Shown here: positions 1 through 10,001 of the stretch, one piece after another
How the letters are laid out: each line of letters starts with the position of its first letter
Position numbering within the stretch: position 1 is the first letter of the stretch
Assembly (NCBI GenBank): GCA_016783155.1
Contig: JADHXB010000001.1
Coordinates: 1,228 to 65,227, forward strand
Source of the DNA: Dehalococcoidia bacterium
Lineage (GTDB): Bacteria > Chloroflexota > Dehalococcoidia > GIF9 > UBA5629
Reading direction: 5' to 3'
Length of the DNA stretch: 64,000 bases
The notes under the pieces: model-generated
The model's input: only the letters and a program-made list of their open reading frames with translations
Told to the model about the DNA's origin: nothing
Databases searched by the model: none
Position numbers and translations under genes: made by a program

Positions 1-882
1 AATGATATTGTCCTTTACCAGCCCTATAGGCGTGGCCGGGTCTTCCAGCCAGTATGGCTCGTTGAGGTCGGTGAAGCGCCTCATCCGCCAGCCCCCGACG
101 TCGTCAGTCTTCATGTAATCCATGAATTTCTTGAACCATTCCTTGCCTTTTTCTGATTGCTGGAGTTTGGCGAGGATGGATTGGGGCTTGTTTTTCTTAA
201 AGACGTCTTCCAGGTTCATTTCGATGGCTAGCTGTCCAAATTCCCACATCTTCTTGTCCATCTGATAGACCTTATTGTTGAAGCCTCGCATCATATCTTG
301 GAACTCAGGGTCCTGATCACTTATGCCGAAGCGCTCCTTAGTCATTGTCTCGAGCAATAGCCAGGTGTTAAATGAGGAATACATCGCCATAAAGTGGATT
401 TCCCACATTCTCATGTAGGCGCGCATCAAATCGTAGTTGTGATAGTACAGCTGGAGATTGGTGGCATTGTCAACATCAAGCTCAAGTAGCTTGATGTAAA
501 TGCTCAGGAGTTCTTGCTTGTAACCAGCCCACAGGCTGTCGAAGTCCTCAATCCAGGGGCGTAGCGCCTGGCGGAATTTGACTTCGCGTTCGGCAATTTC
601 CTTCTGGTCTCTCACTACGTGGAGGGCACAATAGATACCACTGTTCAAAATACGGATCTCCCAACCTTTGCAGGTGGGGATGCTCAACTCGGTACAAGCG
701 AACTTCAGTCCGTGGCTGCAGAATCTTGCCCACTGGTATCCGAACATGGTTGTCACTGGCGGTATGCTGTGCGTTCCGTCATGGAACCAGGAAGGCATCT
801 CGGCAAGGTCAATCTCTTTGATGAAGTCGTATCCGGGTGTTCCATCCCAGATTTTAACCTTTTGCTGCTTTTTCTCCGACAC
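1..882 (-). CDS. PpsA-like protein, N-terminal/central domain (paralog of 5116-6831 product); C-terminus truncated by window edge
   Basis: Minus-strand reading frame runs off the left edge with no stop, so it is absent from the ORF track. Its translation (..GKEWFKKFMDYMKTDDVGGWRMRRFTDLNEPYWLEDPATP..) aligns with residues of the 571-aa protein (..GKEWVEKDLNDFLLVKGCGWRSPRMMEFIIPSWWEDPTP..). Likely GTG start at 882 preceded by GGAGAAAAA; the alternative TTG at 933 would overlap the upstream gene. Confidence 0.55.
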   Translation of the reverse strand, partial: MSEKKQQKVKIWDGTPGYDFIKEIDLAEMPSWFHDGTHSIPPVTTMFGYQWARFCSHGLKFACTELSIPTCKGWEIRILNSGIYCALHVVRDQKEIAEREVKFRQALRPWIEDFDSLWAGYKQELLSIYIKLLELDVDNATNLQLYYHNYDLMRAYMRMWEIHFMAMYSSFNTWLLLETMTKERFGISDQDPEFQDMMRGFNNKVYQMDKKMWEFGQLAIEMNLEDVFKKNKPQSILAKLQQSEKGKEWFKKFMDYMKTDDVGGWRMRRFTDLNEPYWLEDPATPIGLVKDNII

Positions 883-929
883 TTTTTCTCCTACGACTAG
901 TTCGAGACTAGGCAGAATGGTATTTTTCG

Positions 930-1970
930 TCAAGGACTATAGAATCTTTTAGCAATCAGGTCAATCATACGGTCGGTGACCGATTCTGGTTTCTTGGCTG
1001 CCACCTTTGCTGGGCGGGTCTGTAGAACAAATACGTTATTGGGTGGGGTGGATTCAGGGTCAATAGCCCATTCTATGTCCTGCGGCTCACCCAGGCGCTC
1101 CTCGAGTAACATGGCCAGTTTAGCTACTGCTACTATCTCATCATTGCTCATGCACGGTATTGATTGCTTCTCCAGAGGCACGTCGTCCCAGTAGGCCCCT
1201 CTTTTCCTGGTTATTACCTGCTTTGCTTTTTTGCCAACATAGGTGTCTAATATAGCGAAGGCCTCTTTGTCCACTACGAACCTGTCCACATTCTCCGCCC
1301 CGCTGACCACTCCTTCTCCCAGGCCCCAGTTGGCATCAATTATTATCTTGGAGGTGTCACCGGTAACCGGGTTCACGGTGAAGGCGATGCCGGCTGAACG
1401 GGCATTTACCATCTTGGAGACAGCAACACCGAGTTCGTCTCCTACGATGGGGATATCTTTATTGACTCGGAAGGCAATAGCCCGGCTAGTATATGCACTT
1501 CCCCATACCTTCCTTATTTTGTCCACCACATCTTCGATGCCGATAACGTTCAGGTAGGTTTCAAACATGCCGGGTCGGCTTTCCGTCCCCGATGACCGCA
1601 CCGAGACGGCGACATTGGGGATTACCACCTTGTTGCACAGCTCTTCGTAGTATGAACCAACCATTCTCTTTATGTCTTCCGGTACCTCTTTGTCTTCAAT
1701 CGTGCTTTGGATATTCTGGCTCAATTCGTCAAAGATGGCAACGTTCTGACCTTTAAGCTCGCCAAGGCTGCTCACGTAGTGGGAAGTTTCCTCAGCCCAC
1801 CCGGTTTCCGCAGCAAATTTCCTGTACACTGCAATGGAAATGGCGAAGCCCGGCGGGACAGGTAAGCCCATTCGAACCATTTCTCCCAGGTTAGCGCATT
1901 TCTTGCCTACCAGGTTGTTATGCTCCTGCCCTAGTTCTTCGAACCGAAATATTAATTTGCCAGAGCTCAT
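930..1970 (-). CDS. PEP synthase/pyruvate phosphate dikinase N-terminal ATP-binding domain protein (phenylphosphate synthase PpsB-like, stand-alone)
   Basis: 346 aa; contains FEELGQEHNNLVGKKCANLGEM...GLPVPPGF, the hallmark of the PPDK_N/ATP-grasp nucleotide-binding domain. It has no phosphohistidine or PEP/pyruvate domains, so it is a split dikinase component. Sits directly upstream of the PpsA-like gene at 1-882. Confidence 0.85.
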   Translation of the reverse strand: MSSGKLIFRFEELGQEHNNLVGKKCANLGEMVRMGLPVPPGFAISIAVYRKFAAETGWAEETSHYVSSLGELKGQNVAIFDELSQNIQSTIEDKEVPEDIKRMVGSYYEELCNKVVIPNVAVSVRSSGTESRPGMFETYLNVIGIEDVVDKIRKVWGSAYTSRAIAFRVNKDIPIVGDELGVAVSKMVNARSAGIAFTVNPVTGDTSKIIIDANWGLGEGVVSGAENVDRFVVDKEAFAILDTYVGKKAKQVITRKRGAYWDDVPLEKQSIPCMSNDEIVAVAKLAMLLEERLGEPQDIEWAIDPESTPPNNVFVLQTRPAKVAAKKPESVTDRMIDLIAKRFYSP

Positions 1971-2560
1971 TTTTCCTCTGTCTCGACAATATTTGGCGCA
2001 AAGAGTTCAACTATGTTTTAGTAACTATAGTGGACGTTATTCACCTTTAATGTGCTGTCTATCCTCTATCAACACGGCGGAAACCTGGCAGGTGATGTAA
2101 GAGGAATCGCCCGAGGCCAAGTATAACAGCAAACTGTTTAGTTCGTCCATATCCCCCTTACTTTTTTAAGAAATTACACAAAACATGTTTTGGTTTCCCA
2201 GCCTACACGATGGTTGACAAATTTGCTAGACATGTGAAATAATACCCGTCGCGCATATCCACTTTTGGTTGGATACTGATTATAGCGTATAAACTACAAG
2301 AAATGAAATAGGCTCTTCTGTTATACACAGATGGCAGGGAACAGCTTGTAAAACGAGAGCAAGGCTACATTGAGGAATTAACCCGGTAGTCTTGGAATCC
2401 CCAACAAGTCAGGCAGAATTCTTAACTTAAATTGTGTATGATGCTTGGGGGAATTCAAGCGCAGTAAGGTCCTTAAGAGAGCATACTTGGGTGATAGGTC
2501 CTGCCAAAGATGAAAGCTCTCAATAACCTAAAGTGCAGCGGGAAGGGATAACAGACAAAG

Positions 2561-3337
2561 TTGTTGCTCCAAGGAAAGGTTGCGGTCATTACAGGCTCAA
2601 CGTCAGGTATTGGCAAGGCTGGTGCCATTGTATTTGCTCAAGAAGGCGCAAAAAGCGTCGTTAGTGGTAGAAATCGCCAACGAGGGGAGGAGGTTGTGAG
2701 CATAATAAGGGAACAAGGCAATGAGGCAAGCTTCATTCCGGCTGATATGCTCGTAGTGGCTGATATTGAGCGGCTCGTTAAAATAACTGTTGATACTTAT
2801 GGTCGGCTGGATATCTTTTGGCATAATGCCGGCATAGTCGAGCCAGACTATATCGAAAATATCACAGAAGAAATATATGATAATATGATGGCAGCACACT
2901 TGAAAGCAGGTGTCTTCGGTGCAAAATTTGCCGTTCCTGAAATGCGTAAAGCCGGGGGAGGGTCCATTCTATTCACTAGTTCGGTTGCCGGGCTGAAGCA
3001 ATCCGGCTATTCATTGACCTATTCGCTGGCAAAGACTGGGCTTGTAATGCTAACCAAGAAACTCGCGGTAGATTTGGCTAAAGATAACATCCGAGTCAAT
3101 TCTATCTGTCCGGGTAGGGTTGAAACATCTATGAGATTATCTATTGCCGAGCAAAGAGGGCGAGCGATGGGCATTGACCAGGAGGAATGGGTGAGGAGAG
3201 ACAAGAAGCGTATACCTATGGGCAGGTACATCACCGAAAAGGAAGTAGTTGATGGGGCATTATTCCTTGTCTCAGATAGAGCCTCCTCAATTACGGGCGT
3301 TGCCCTCCCCATTGACGGTGGCTTCTTGGCGGTATAA
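2561..3337 (+). CDS. short-chain dehydrogenase/reductase (SDR)
   Basis: GKVAVITGSTSGIGKA Rossmann motif. Start is a TTG in the ORF track, so the true start is uncertain. Confidence 0.8.
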   Translation: MLLQGKVAVITGSTSGIGKAGAIVFAQEGAKSVVSGRNRQRGEEVVSIIREQGNEASFIPADMLVVADIERLVKITVDTYGRLDIFWHNAGIVEPDYIENITEEIYDNMMAAHLKAGVFGAKFAVPEMRKAGGGSILFTSSVAGLKQSGYSLTYSLAKTGLVMLTKKLAVDLAKDNIRVNSICPGRVETSMRLSIAEQRGRAMGIDQEEWVRRDKKRIPMGRYITEKEVVDGALFLVSDRASSITGVALPIDGGFLAV

Positions 3338-3452
3338 TATTTCGTCTGGAAATATTGGGTCAGCTTTACTGCTCCCTCTGGAACGAAGGTTTCCAGAGAG
3401 GTCGGTTAGCTGATTGGTGACATCGAATAAATAATATAGAAAGGAGATTTCA

Positions 3453-4202
3453 ATGGGAAGATTAGATGGGAAAGTGGCCATAGTGACCGGTGGGGGCAAG
3501 GGCTTGGGTAGGGCTTTTTGCTTTGGCCTTGCCAAAGAGGGGGCTAAGGTGGTGATGGCAGTACACCGCCTTGATGAAGAGGCAACGAAAGCAGCCAAGG
3601 AAATAGAGACTAAAGGCGGTTACGCTCTGGAAGTTGACGTTACTAAAGAAGAAGATACCCAGCGCATGGCTGAGGAGACAGTTAAGAAATTTGGGCGAAT
3701 CGATATTCTGGTTAACAATGCTGCCTACTACTATGGGGTGGGTAGGAAGCTGTTTTACGAGGTTTCGTCTGAAGAATGGGACCGGGCGTTGGCGGTGGGT
3801 GCCAAGGGAGCCTGGCTGTGCGCTAAAGCAGTATTCCCTCAGATGAAGAAACAGGGGAAGGGTAAAATTATTAACCTATCTTCCGAGACAGTATTTTCAC
3901 CTACCAAGGGTATGATTCACTACGTTACTTCCAAGGCTGCGGTTATCGGTATCACCCGGGTTCTTGCCGGAGAACTGGGGCAATATGGCATCTGTGTTAA
4001 TGCCGTAGCTCCTGGTTTTACTGATACTGCGGCAAGCCGAACTATAGGCAGTATCGAGAAGTTCGACGTAAGCTCTATCCCTCTGGGGCGTGTCGGAGTA
4101 CCCGAGGATGTAATTGGTAGCGTCATCTTCTTTGCCAGCGATGATAGCGACTTCGTTAGCGGACAAACATTACTGGTCGATGGTGCAAGGCGGGTGCACT
4201 AG
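3453..4202 (+). CDS. short-chain dehydrogenase/reductase (SDR), tandem paralog A
   Basis: GKVAIVTGGGKGLGRA glycine-rich NAD(P)-binding motif and a Tyr/Lys active-site region (HYVTSKAAV). GGAGA RBS before the ATG. Confidence 0.85.
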   Translation: MGRLDGKVAIVTGGGKGLGRAFCFGLAKEGAKVVMAVHRLDEEATKAAKEIETKGGYALEVDVTKEEDTQRMAEETVKKFGRIDILVNNAAYYYGVGRKLFYEVSSEEWDRALAVGAKGAWLCAKAVFPQMKKQGKGKIINLSSETVFSPTKGMIHYVTSKAAVIGITRVLAGELGQYGICVNAVAPGFTDTAASRTIGSIEKFDVSSIPLGRVGVPEDVIGSVIFFASDDSDFVSGQTLLVDGARRVH

Positions 4203-4267
4203 AGGGCGCTGGCATTCAATTGATGTGGTTTTCTAGCTGAATAACATTTTGTTACGAGGAGCCTTAA

Positions 4268-5020
4268 ATGGGAAGATTAAAAAATAAGGTAGCCATAGTG
4301 ACTGGTGGTGGCAGGGGGTTGGGTAAAACCTATTGCCTGAGAATGGCTGAGGAAGAAGCCAAAATAGTTGTGGCAGATATCCTTGACCGAGAGGCAGAGG
4401 AAACAGTCAGTGAAATCAAGGCAAAGGGTGGCAACGCCATTGCAATAAAAGCTGATGTGACCTCCGAAGCTGATACCCAGCGCATGGCTGAGGAAACAGT
4501 TAAGAAGTTTGGTCGAATCGATATCCTGGTTAACAGCGCTGGCTATTACTATGGGATGGTGAGGAAGCCATTTAATGAGGTCTCGTCAGAAGAGTGGGAC
4601 AAGGCGATGCTGGTGAATGCCAAGGGAACATGGCTTTGCTGCAAAGCAGTATTTCCCCAGATGAAAAAACAGGGGAAAGGTAAAATTATCAATGTATCCT
4701 CCGAGGCAGTTTTTGCCCCGACTAAGGGTTTTATTCACTACACTGCTTCCAAGGCTGCGGTTATCGGTATCACCCGGGTTCTTGCCGGAGAGCTGGGGCA
4801 ATATGGCATCTGTGTTAATGTGATAGTCCCTGGTGTCGTCGATACTGCGGCGACCAGAACCTACATCAATATCGAGAAGTTCGATATAGGTTCTGTCCCT
4901 CTGGGGCGTGTTGAACTGCCGGAGGATGTGGTTGGTAGCGTCGTCTTCTTTGCCAGCGATGATAGCGACTTTGTTAGCGGTCAGTCACTGCTAATCGATG
5001 GCGCGAGGCGGGTGCACTAG
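4268..5020 (+). CDS. short-chain dehydrogenase/reductase (SDR), tandem paralog B
   Basis: 250 aa, about 75% identical to the 3453-4202 product. Several nucleotide tracts are near-identical over more than 70 nt. Same SDR motifs. Confidence 0.85.
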   Translation: MGRLKNKVAIVTGGGRGLGKTYCLRMAEEEAKIVVADILDREAEETVSEIKAKGGNAIAIKADVTSEADTQRMAEETVKKFGRIDILVNSAGYYYGMVRKPFNEVSSEEWDKAMLVNAKGTWLCCKAVFPQMKKQGKGKIINVSSEAVFAPTKGFIHYTASKAAVIGITRVLAGELGQYGICVNVIVPGVVDTAATRTYINIEKFDIGSVPLGRVELPEDVVGSVVFFASDDSDFVSGQSLLIDGARRVH

Positions 5021-5115
5021 AGGGAATGAGTGGATGTGATAGAGAATAATGAAGTATTTGACTATCAAACAGACTTACGGTATTGTATTAAGTAAAAATT
5101 AAGGAGGGAAAAAAG

Positions 5116-6831
5116 ATGTCCTGGACGTGGAACTTGTATGTCAGAGAATTTATGCCTCAAAGAGACCTGAAGAAATACCCGATGTGGTTCATGAACTTTG
5201 GCCATAGCTACCCGGCGTGGACGCCCCTATTTGGCTGGCACTGGAATTATGCCTTAGCTCACGGTCTCACATACGGCGTTAATGAGACATGGATACCTAC
5301 CATCAGGGGGAGTGAGGTTCGAAATATAGAAGGGTGTGCCCTAGCTGCCGCTTCCAGGATTAGTGATGAGGCTGAGATTGCGGAAAGAGAAAAGAAATTC
5401 AAAAAGTACATACTTGAAGAGTACGCTCCCAATTGGGACAAGCTTTATAAAGGTATGGAAGACGAAATAAATGGACTTTCTAAAAAGTTCAGGACTTATG
5501 ATTACGAAAAGGCAACACAGTACGAGTTGTACAAGGTATTCAGGGAGGCGGTACAGTATCTCTACCGTTCTTGGGAAGGTCACTTCTATATGATGTTTCC
5601 CATGTATACCGCCTACTGGTATTGTGACGAGATTGCTGCGGAATACGGCGGTGTACAGGAGTTTTCTCCCACATGGCATAAAATAATACGAGGCTATGAC
5701 AATGACCTTTTTGCGCAGGACAAAGCGCTATGGGGACTCCGTACCCGTGTCTTGGAGCTTAAGATTGAGGATATCTTCACTGAGAATGCTGCCTCCGAGG
5801 TAATCCCGGCTCTAAAAAAGACTGCGGCTGGTAAGGAATGGGTGGAGAAGGATCTAAACGATTTTTTGCTGGTAAAGGGCTGCGGTTGGCGCTCGCCGCG
5901 GATGATGGAGTTTATCATTCCTTCATGGTGGGAAGACCCAACGCCAGCCATAAATCACATTCAGCAATACCTCTCGCTGTCAAAGGACGTTAAAGCTCCA
6001 TTCCTACTTGATACCATAAGACCCCGCTTGGTCAAGGAGCGGGAAGAATTAACCCGTGACTTAATCGACAAAGTGAAGGCCGCCGGCTATCCCGACATGG
6101 ACTGGTTTCTGGCGCTCCTTAACGTGAGTCAGAGGACAAGCTCTTACAGCGAAAGTCATGATGTGGCATGGGAACAGGGGTGCTTGACCACCTTCCGCTA
6201 CTGTGTGAGGAAGATTGGAGAGAGGCTGGTAAAGTTTGGCACTATTGGAACTCCTGATGACATGTTCTTTTTCATTCCTGATGAACTGGAGTTATTTATT
6301 GCTTATCCCGACGCATACGATGTCAAAGACCTTGCTGAGGAACGCAAGAAAACCTGGACGGCACAGAAGGAATATAGCTCACGGCCGCCTATTTTTACCA
6401 GTGGACCATTAACACCGGAGGATATAAATAAGCATCAGGTTAGTGTTCACGATGCCATAGTTTCCAAGGTTGTTGCTGGTGTGGAAGCTGCCCGCAGGCC
6501 TGAAACCGGCGCCATCTGCTTTGGTAATTGCGGTAGTCCTGCTGGCACTGTCGAAGGCAGAGCACATCTGGTACTAGCAAATGAAGATGTATTTGCAGTG
6601 CAACCAGGCGATATTCTGATTTGTCCCTCTATGTCTTCGGGGTGGACTCCGGTGCTACCGCTGGCTAAAGCAATAGTCACTAATGGTGGCGGTTCTCTCA
6701 GCCATGCTTGCATTCACGGCAGAGAATATGATATTCCAGTAGTATCAAACACGCGTGATGCCACGATGGTTATCAAAGAAGGCGAAAAAATCCGGGTTGA
6801 TGCTACTGAGGGACTTGTCTTCCGAGTATAA
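5116..6831 (+). CDS. PEP-utilizing-enzyme mobile (phosphohistidine) domain protein, phenylphosphate synthase PpsA-like
   Basis: 571 aa. C-terminus TNGGGSLSHACIHGREYDIPVVS...IRVDATEGLVF matches the PEP-utilizers swivel domain with the phospho-His region. About 440 aa of N-terminal domain is unassigned. Strong RBS AAGGAGGG. Confidence 0.8.
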   Translation: MSWTWNLYVREFMPQRDLKKYPMWFMNFGHSYPAWTPLFGWHWNYALAHGLTYGVNETWIPTIRGSEVRNIEGCALAAASRISDEAEIAEREKKFKKYILEEYAPNWDKLYKGMEDEINGLSKKFRTYDYEKATQYELYKVFREAVQYLYRSWEGHFYMMFPMYTAYWYCDEIAAEYGGVQEFSPTWHKIIRGYDNDLFAQDKALWGLRTRVLELKIEDIFTENAASEVIPALKKTAAGKEWVEKDLNDFLLVKGCGWRSPRMMEFIIPSWWEDPTPAINHIQQYLSLSKDVKAPFLLDTIRPRLVKEREELTRDLIDKVKAAGYPDMDWFLALLNVSQRTSSYSESHDVAWEQGCLTTFRYCVRKIGERLVKFGTIGTPDDMFFFIPDELELFIAYPDAYDVKDLAEERKKTWTAQKEYSSRPPIFTSGPLTPEDINKHQVSVHDAIVSKVVAGVEAARRPETGAICFGNCGSPAGTVEGRAHLVLANEDVFAVQPGDILICPSMSSGWTPVLPLAKAIVTNGGGSLSHACIHGREYDIPVVSNTRDATMVIKEGEKIRVDATEGLVFRV

Positions 6832-6967
6832 TAAACTAAAGTAGTACCAGAGCTTGGGAAGCAAGGGTCTAGTCTTGTTATCGGAGACTAAGGCGATTGT
6901 TGTCTCAGCTAAGTATTCGACTTATTGACTAAGCGCTTTTACTGGTAAGAGAGCATTTACAGGTGAA

Positions 6968-7240
6968 ATGAGTGTCAGGGTCAAGTTGCCATCTGTCCTG
7001 CAAGAGTTTAGCTGTGGCGCTGAGACATGTGAGGTAACCGGCAAAACGGTTGGTGAATGCATTAAGAGCCTTGAGATGCGATTTCCCGATATCAAAAACC
7101 ACCTGTTCGATAGGCAGGGGAAGCTACTTCGAATATTTGGCATTTATTTAAAGTCCGATGGTATTTATCCTGTGGACATAGATACTCCTGTGCAGGACAA
7201 CGACGAGCTTATCATCTTAAACTTCATTATGGGTGGCTAG
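6968..7240 (+). CDS. MoaD/ThiS-like ubiquitin-fold protein with C-terminal GlyGly
   Basis: 90 aa ending ..NFIMGG. Beta-grasp-like pattern. Lies immediately upstream of the AOR gene, as with the AorD/AorE-type partners of bacterial AOR operons. Confidence 0.6.
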   Translation: MSVRVKLPSVLQEFSCGAETCEVTGKTVGECIKSLEMRFPDIKNHLFDRQGKLLRIFGIYLKSDGIYPVDIDTPVQDNDELIILNFIMGG

Positions 7241-7276
7241 TACTCACCCGGCTAATATTAACTTTGGAGGTGAAAA

Positions 7277-9118
7277 ATGCGTGGTTATACTGGCAAGCTT
7301 TTGCGTATTAATCTAAGTAACCGTAGGAGCCAAGTCGAGGATATACCTGAGCAATTGATGAAGGATTTCCTTGGGGGGCGAGGTCTTGCTGTTAAGTATC
7401 TTTACAGCGAGCTTAAGCCTGGGGTAGACGCATTAGGGCCGGACAACAAATTGTTGTTCATGATGGGGCCCCTTGGTGCTACTACCGCCATGTCTGTTTC
7501 CAGAATAGCTGTAGTAACCAAGAGCCCTATCACTGGATGTATAGCTAAATCTATCGCAGGTGGCAACTTCGGTGCCTTCCTTAAGTTCGCTGGTTTCGAC
7601 GGGGTAATATTAGAAGGTAAGGCTGAGAAGCCAACTTATATCCATATTGATGGCGATGGGGTTCATATGCTGGATGCGGATGAAATTTGGGGGCTGGATA
7701 CTGAAGAAACTCAAATGAAACTGCGGCAGATGCATGGCAACTCAACGAAGACTATTTGTATCGGGCCAGCTGGGGAGAAGCTGGTTCGCTATGCCATAGT
7801 TATTAGCGAGCTCCGCTGTGGTGGGCGTACTGGCGTGGGTACCGTGATGGGAGCCAAAAACTTAAAGGCTATAGCTGTCAACTCATCCGGACCACTCGGT
7901 GTATATGACTCGCAGCAATTCAAAAGTTTAGCCAGGGAGCAGATCGAAGGCTTAAGGACAAGTCCCCGGCGGATTCAGATGACCGATTTTGGAACATCAT
8001 ACCTGACCTTAGGCTTTGAGAAGATGGGTATATTCCCGGTGAAGAACTTTCAGGAGGGACATCTTGAAGGTGTCGAGAAGATAAGCGATGAAGCATTCGC
8101 TAAGATAAAGGTCGGGAACAATGGTTGCTATGGCTGTATGACAAAGTGCGGTCAAGAACGCAGGGTAACTGAAGGCCCCTATGCCGGCGCCTTTAGCGAA
8201 GGACCTGATTATGAGTCCATCTGGTCTTTGGGTGGCAATTGGGCCAATACTAATTTGGGTTCTATAATAGCGGCAGACTCCCTCTGTGACAAGCTCGGCA
8301 TGGATACTATCAGCGCGGGTAGCGCTGTTGGCTTCGCCTGCGAGCTATTTGAAAGAGGGATAATTACCAAGAAAGATACCGATGGACTTGACCTTACCTG
8401 GGGTAACCATGGCGATATGCTAAAGCTAGTGGAGAAGATTGGCAGACGGGAAGGGTTTGGAGAGTTGCTTGGTGAAGGTACCAAACGAGCCGCCGAACAT
8501 ATTGGCAAGGGTGCTGAAGCCTATGCTATGCATGTCAAGGGCCTTGAGATTCCAGCCTATGAACCGCGCGCTGTTAAGGGCTATGGACTAATGTTTGCTA
8601 CTTCAAACATAGGTGCCAACCATATGTATGGTCGACCTAGGGAAGAACTAGCTGGCAAGGTGGATAGATTTGCTGATGAAGGCAAGGGCAAAGACATTGC
8701 CCGCAACCAAATAGCACAGGCAGTGGAAGACTCGGTTGTTCAGTGCAGCTTTACGCCTGCTACCGGGCTTACTCCCGAGTCACGTGCGAAGCTCCTTGTG
8801 GCAGCTACTGGGTTCAACGAGTTTAGTGACCCGGCCTATTTGGACCTGATAGGGGAAAGAATTCTTTGCCTTGAGCGTTCGTTTAATGTGCGTGATGGGT
8901 TCAGTCGCAAGGATGACACCCTCCCTGCCAGGATGCTAACCGAGCCCTTAAAGAATGCTGGCCCAGCTACGGGACAGGTAGTACGGAAGCTGGATACGCT
9001 TCTGGATGAGTATTATGATGCCCTTGGCTATTCTCCTCAAGGCATACCTACAACGGAGAAGCTGGGGCAAATAGGCTTAGACTGGGTGATAGAGGATATC
9101 AAGGGATTTGTTAAGTGA
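7277..9118 (+). CDS. aor: tungsten/molybdenum aldehyde:ferredoxin oxidoreductase (AOR family) #1
   Basis: 613 aa. N-terminus MRGYTGKLLRINLS typical of AOR_N; Cys-containing cluster region NNGCYGCMTKCG; C-terminal AOR catalytic domains. GGAGGTG RBS. Confidence 0.92.
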   Translation: MRGYTGKLLRINLSNRRSQVEDIPEQLMKDFLGGRGLAVKYLYSELKPGVDALGPDNKLLFMMGPLGATTAMSVSRIAVVTKSPITGCIAKSIAGGNFGAFLKFAGFDGVILEGKAEKPTYIHIDGDGVHMLDADEIWGLDTEETQMKLRQMHGNSTKTICIGPAGEKLVRYAIVISELRCGGRTGVGTVMGAKNLKAIAVNSSGPLGVYDSQQFKSLAREQIEGLRTSPRRIQMTDFGTSYLTLGFEKMGIFPVKNFQEGHLEGVEKISDEAFAKIKVGNNGCYGCMTKCGQERRVTEGPYAGAFSEGPDYESIWSLGGNWANTNLGSIIAADSLCDKLGMDTISAGSAVGFACELFERGIITKKDTDGLDLTWGNHGDMLKLVEKIGRREGFGELLGEGTKRAAEHIGKGAEAYAMHVKGLEIPAYEPRAVKGYGLMFATSNIGANHMYGRPREELAGKVDRFADEGKGKDIARNQIAQAVEDSVVQCSFTPATGLTPESRAKLLVAATGFNEFSDPAYLDLIGERILCLERSFNVRDGFSRKDDTLPARMLTEPLKNAGPATGQVVRKLDTLLDEYYDALGYSPQGIPTTEKLGQIGLDWVIEDIKGFVK

Positions 9119-9155
9119 ACCGCTTGCTCCTTAAAGCTCTTTTTTCTGCCCAGCT

Positions 9156-10001
9156 CTACTGCTTCTGGCGTTGCCGGTAAGCTTCAATGTAACGTCTGGC
9201 ATGTCTATCGCGACCCAGGATGAGGTCAGTGGCCACAATGGCTGGTCGCACCTTGGCTGCATCTGTGATGAGGCAGGTGATACCTGCGGCAACAGCCATA
9301 GCTACGAAGGCATTATTGAGCAAGCCGCGGTCAGGCAAGCCAAAAGAGATATTGCTGGCTCCCAGTGTCATGTTCACTCCCAATTCAGCCTTAATCCTCC
9401 GAATGGCTTCTATGACTTCCGGTCCAGAGCTGGTATCGGCTCCTACGGCGAAAGCCAGGCAATCAATGACAATGTTCTCTCGGGCGATACCAGCTGCCTC
9501 AGCACGCTCCACTATCTTATGGGCAATGCTTACCCTACGTCCTGCATCCTTTGGTATACCATCATCGTCTTGTACCAAACCAACGACTGCTGCTCCATAT
9601 TCTTTCACCATAGGTAGAACCCTGGTTAAGGAGTGTTCTTCACCGCTAACAGAGTTGATGAGCGGTTTGCCCTTGTAGATTTTGAGAGCTGCTTCCAAAG
9701 CCGCCGGATTATTACTGTCAAGGCATAGAGGTATATCTACGGTGTCCATCACTGCCTGCACTGCCTGGGGGAGCAGTGTTACCTCGTTCACGCCGAATGT
9801 GCCTACGTTAACATCAAGAATGTCAGCCCCGGCTTGTACTTGAGCCAGGGCTTCACTGCGTACAATATCCAAGTTGCCCGCCTTCAGAGCCTCTTGAAGT
9901 TTTGTTTTCCCGGCAGGATTGATACGCTCGCCGATAAGCACTGTGGGTTGGGCATCACCGATTATTACTTCTTTTGTGGGGCTTGACACTATCGTTTCCA
10001 T
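9156..10001 (-). CDS. pterin-binding methyltransferase (MtrH/AcsE-like; methyl-corrinoid:tetrahydrofolate methyltransferase, MT-II)
   Basis: 281 aa with a pterin-binding TIM-barrel pattern (..VLIGERINPAGK..DILDVNVG..PLCLDSNN..). Last gene of the corrinoid operon; start overlaps the RACo stop. Confidence 0.8.
   Translation of the reverse strand: METIVSSPTKEVIIGDAQPTVLIGERINPAGKTKLQEALKAGNLDIVRSEALAQVQAGADILDVNVGTFGVNEVTLLPQAVQAVMDTVDIPLCLDSNNPAALEAALKIYKGKPLINSVSGEEHSLTRVLPMVKEYGAAVVGLVQDDDGIPKDAGRRVSIAHKIVERAEAAGIARENIVIDCLAFAVGADTSSGPEVIEAIRRIKAELGVNMTLGASNISFGLPDRGLLNNAFVAMAVAAGITCLITDAAKVRPAIVATDLILGRDRHARRYIEAYRQRQKQ

Noticed and set aside
548-952. ORF-track ORFs 548-733(-), 619-900(+) and 668-952(+) at the left end
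   Set aside because: All overlap, in other frames or on the other strand, the long edge-truncated PpsA-like reading frame (1-882, minus). That frame has clear homology to the 5116-6831 product, so these are shadow ORFs.
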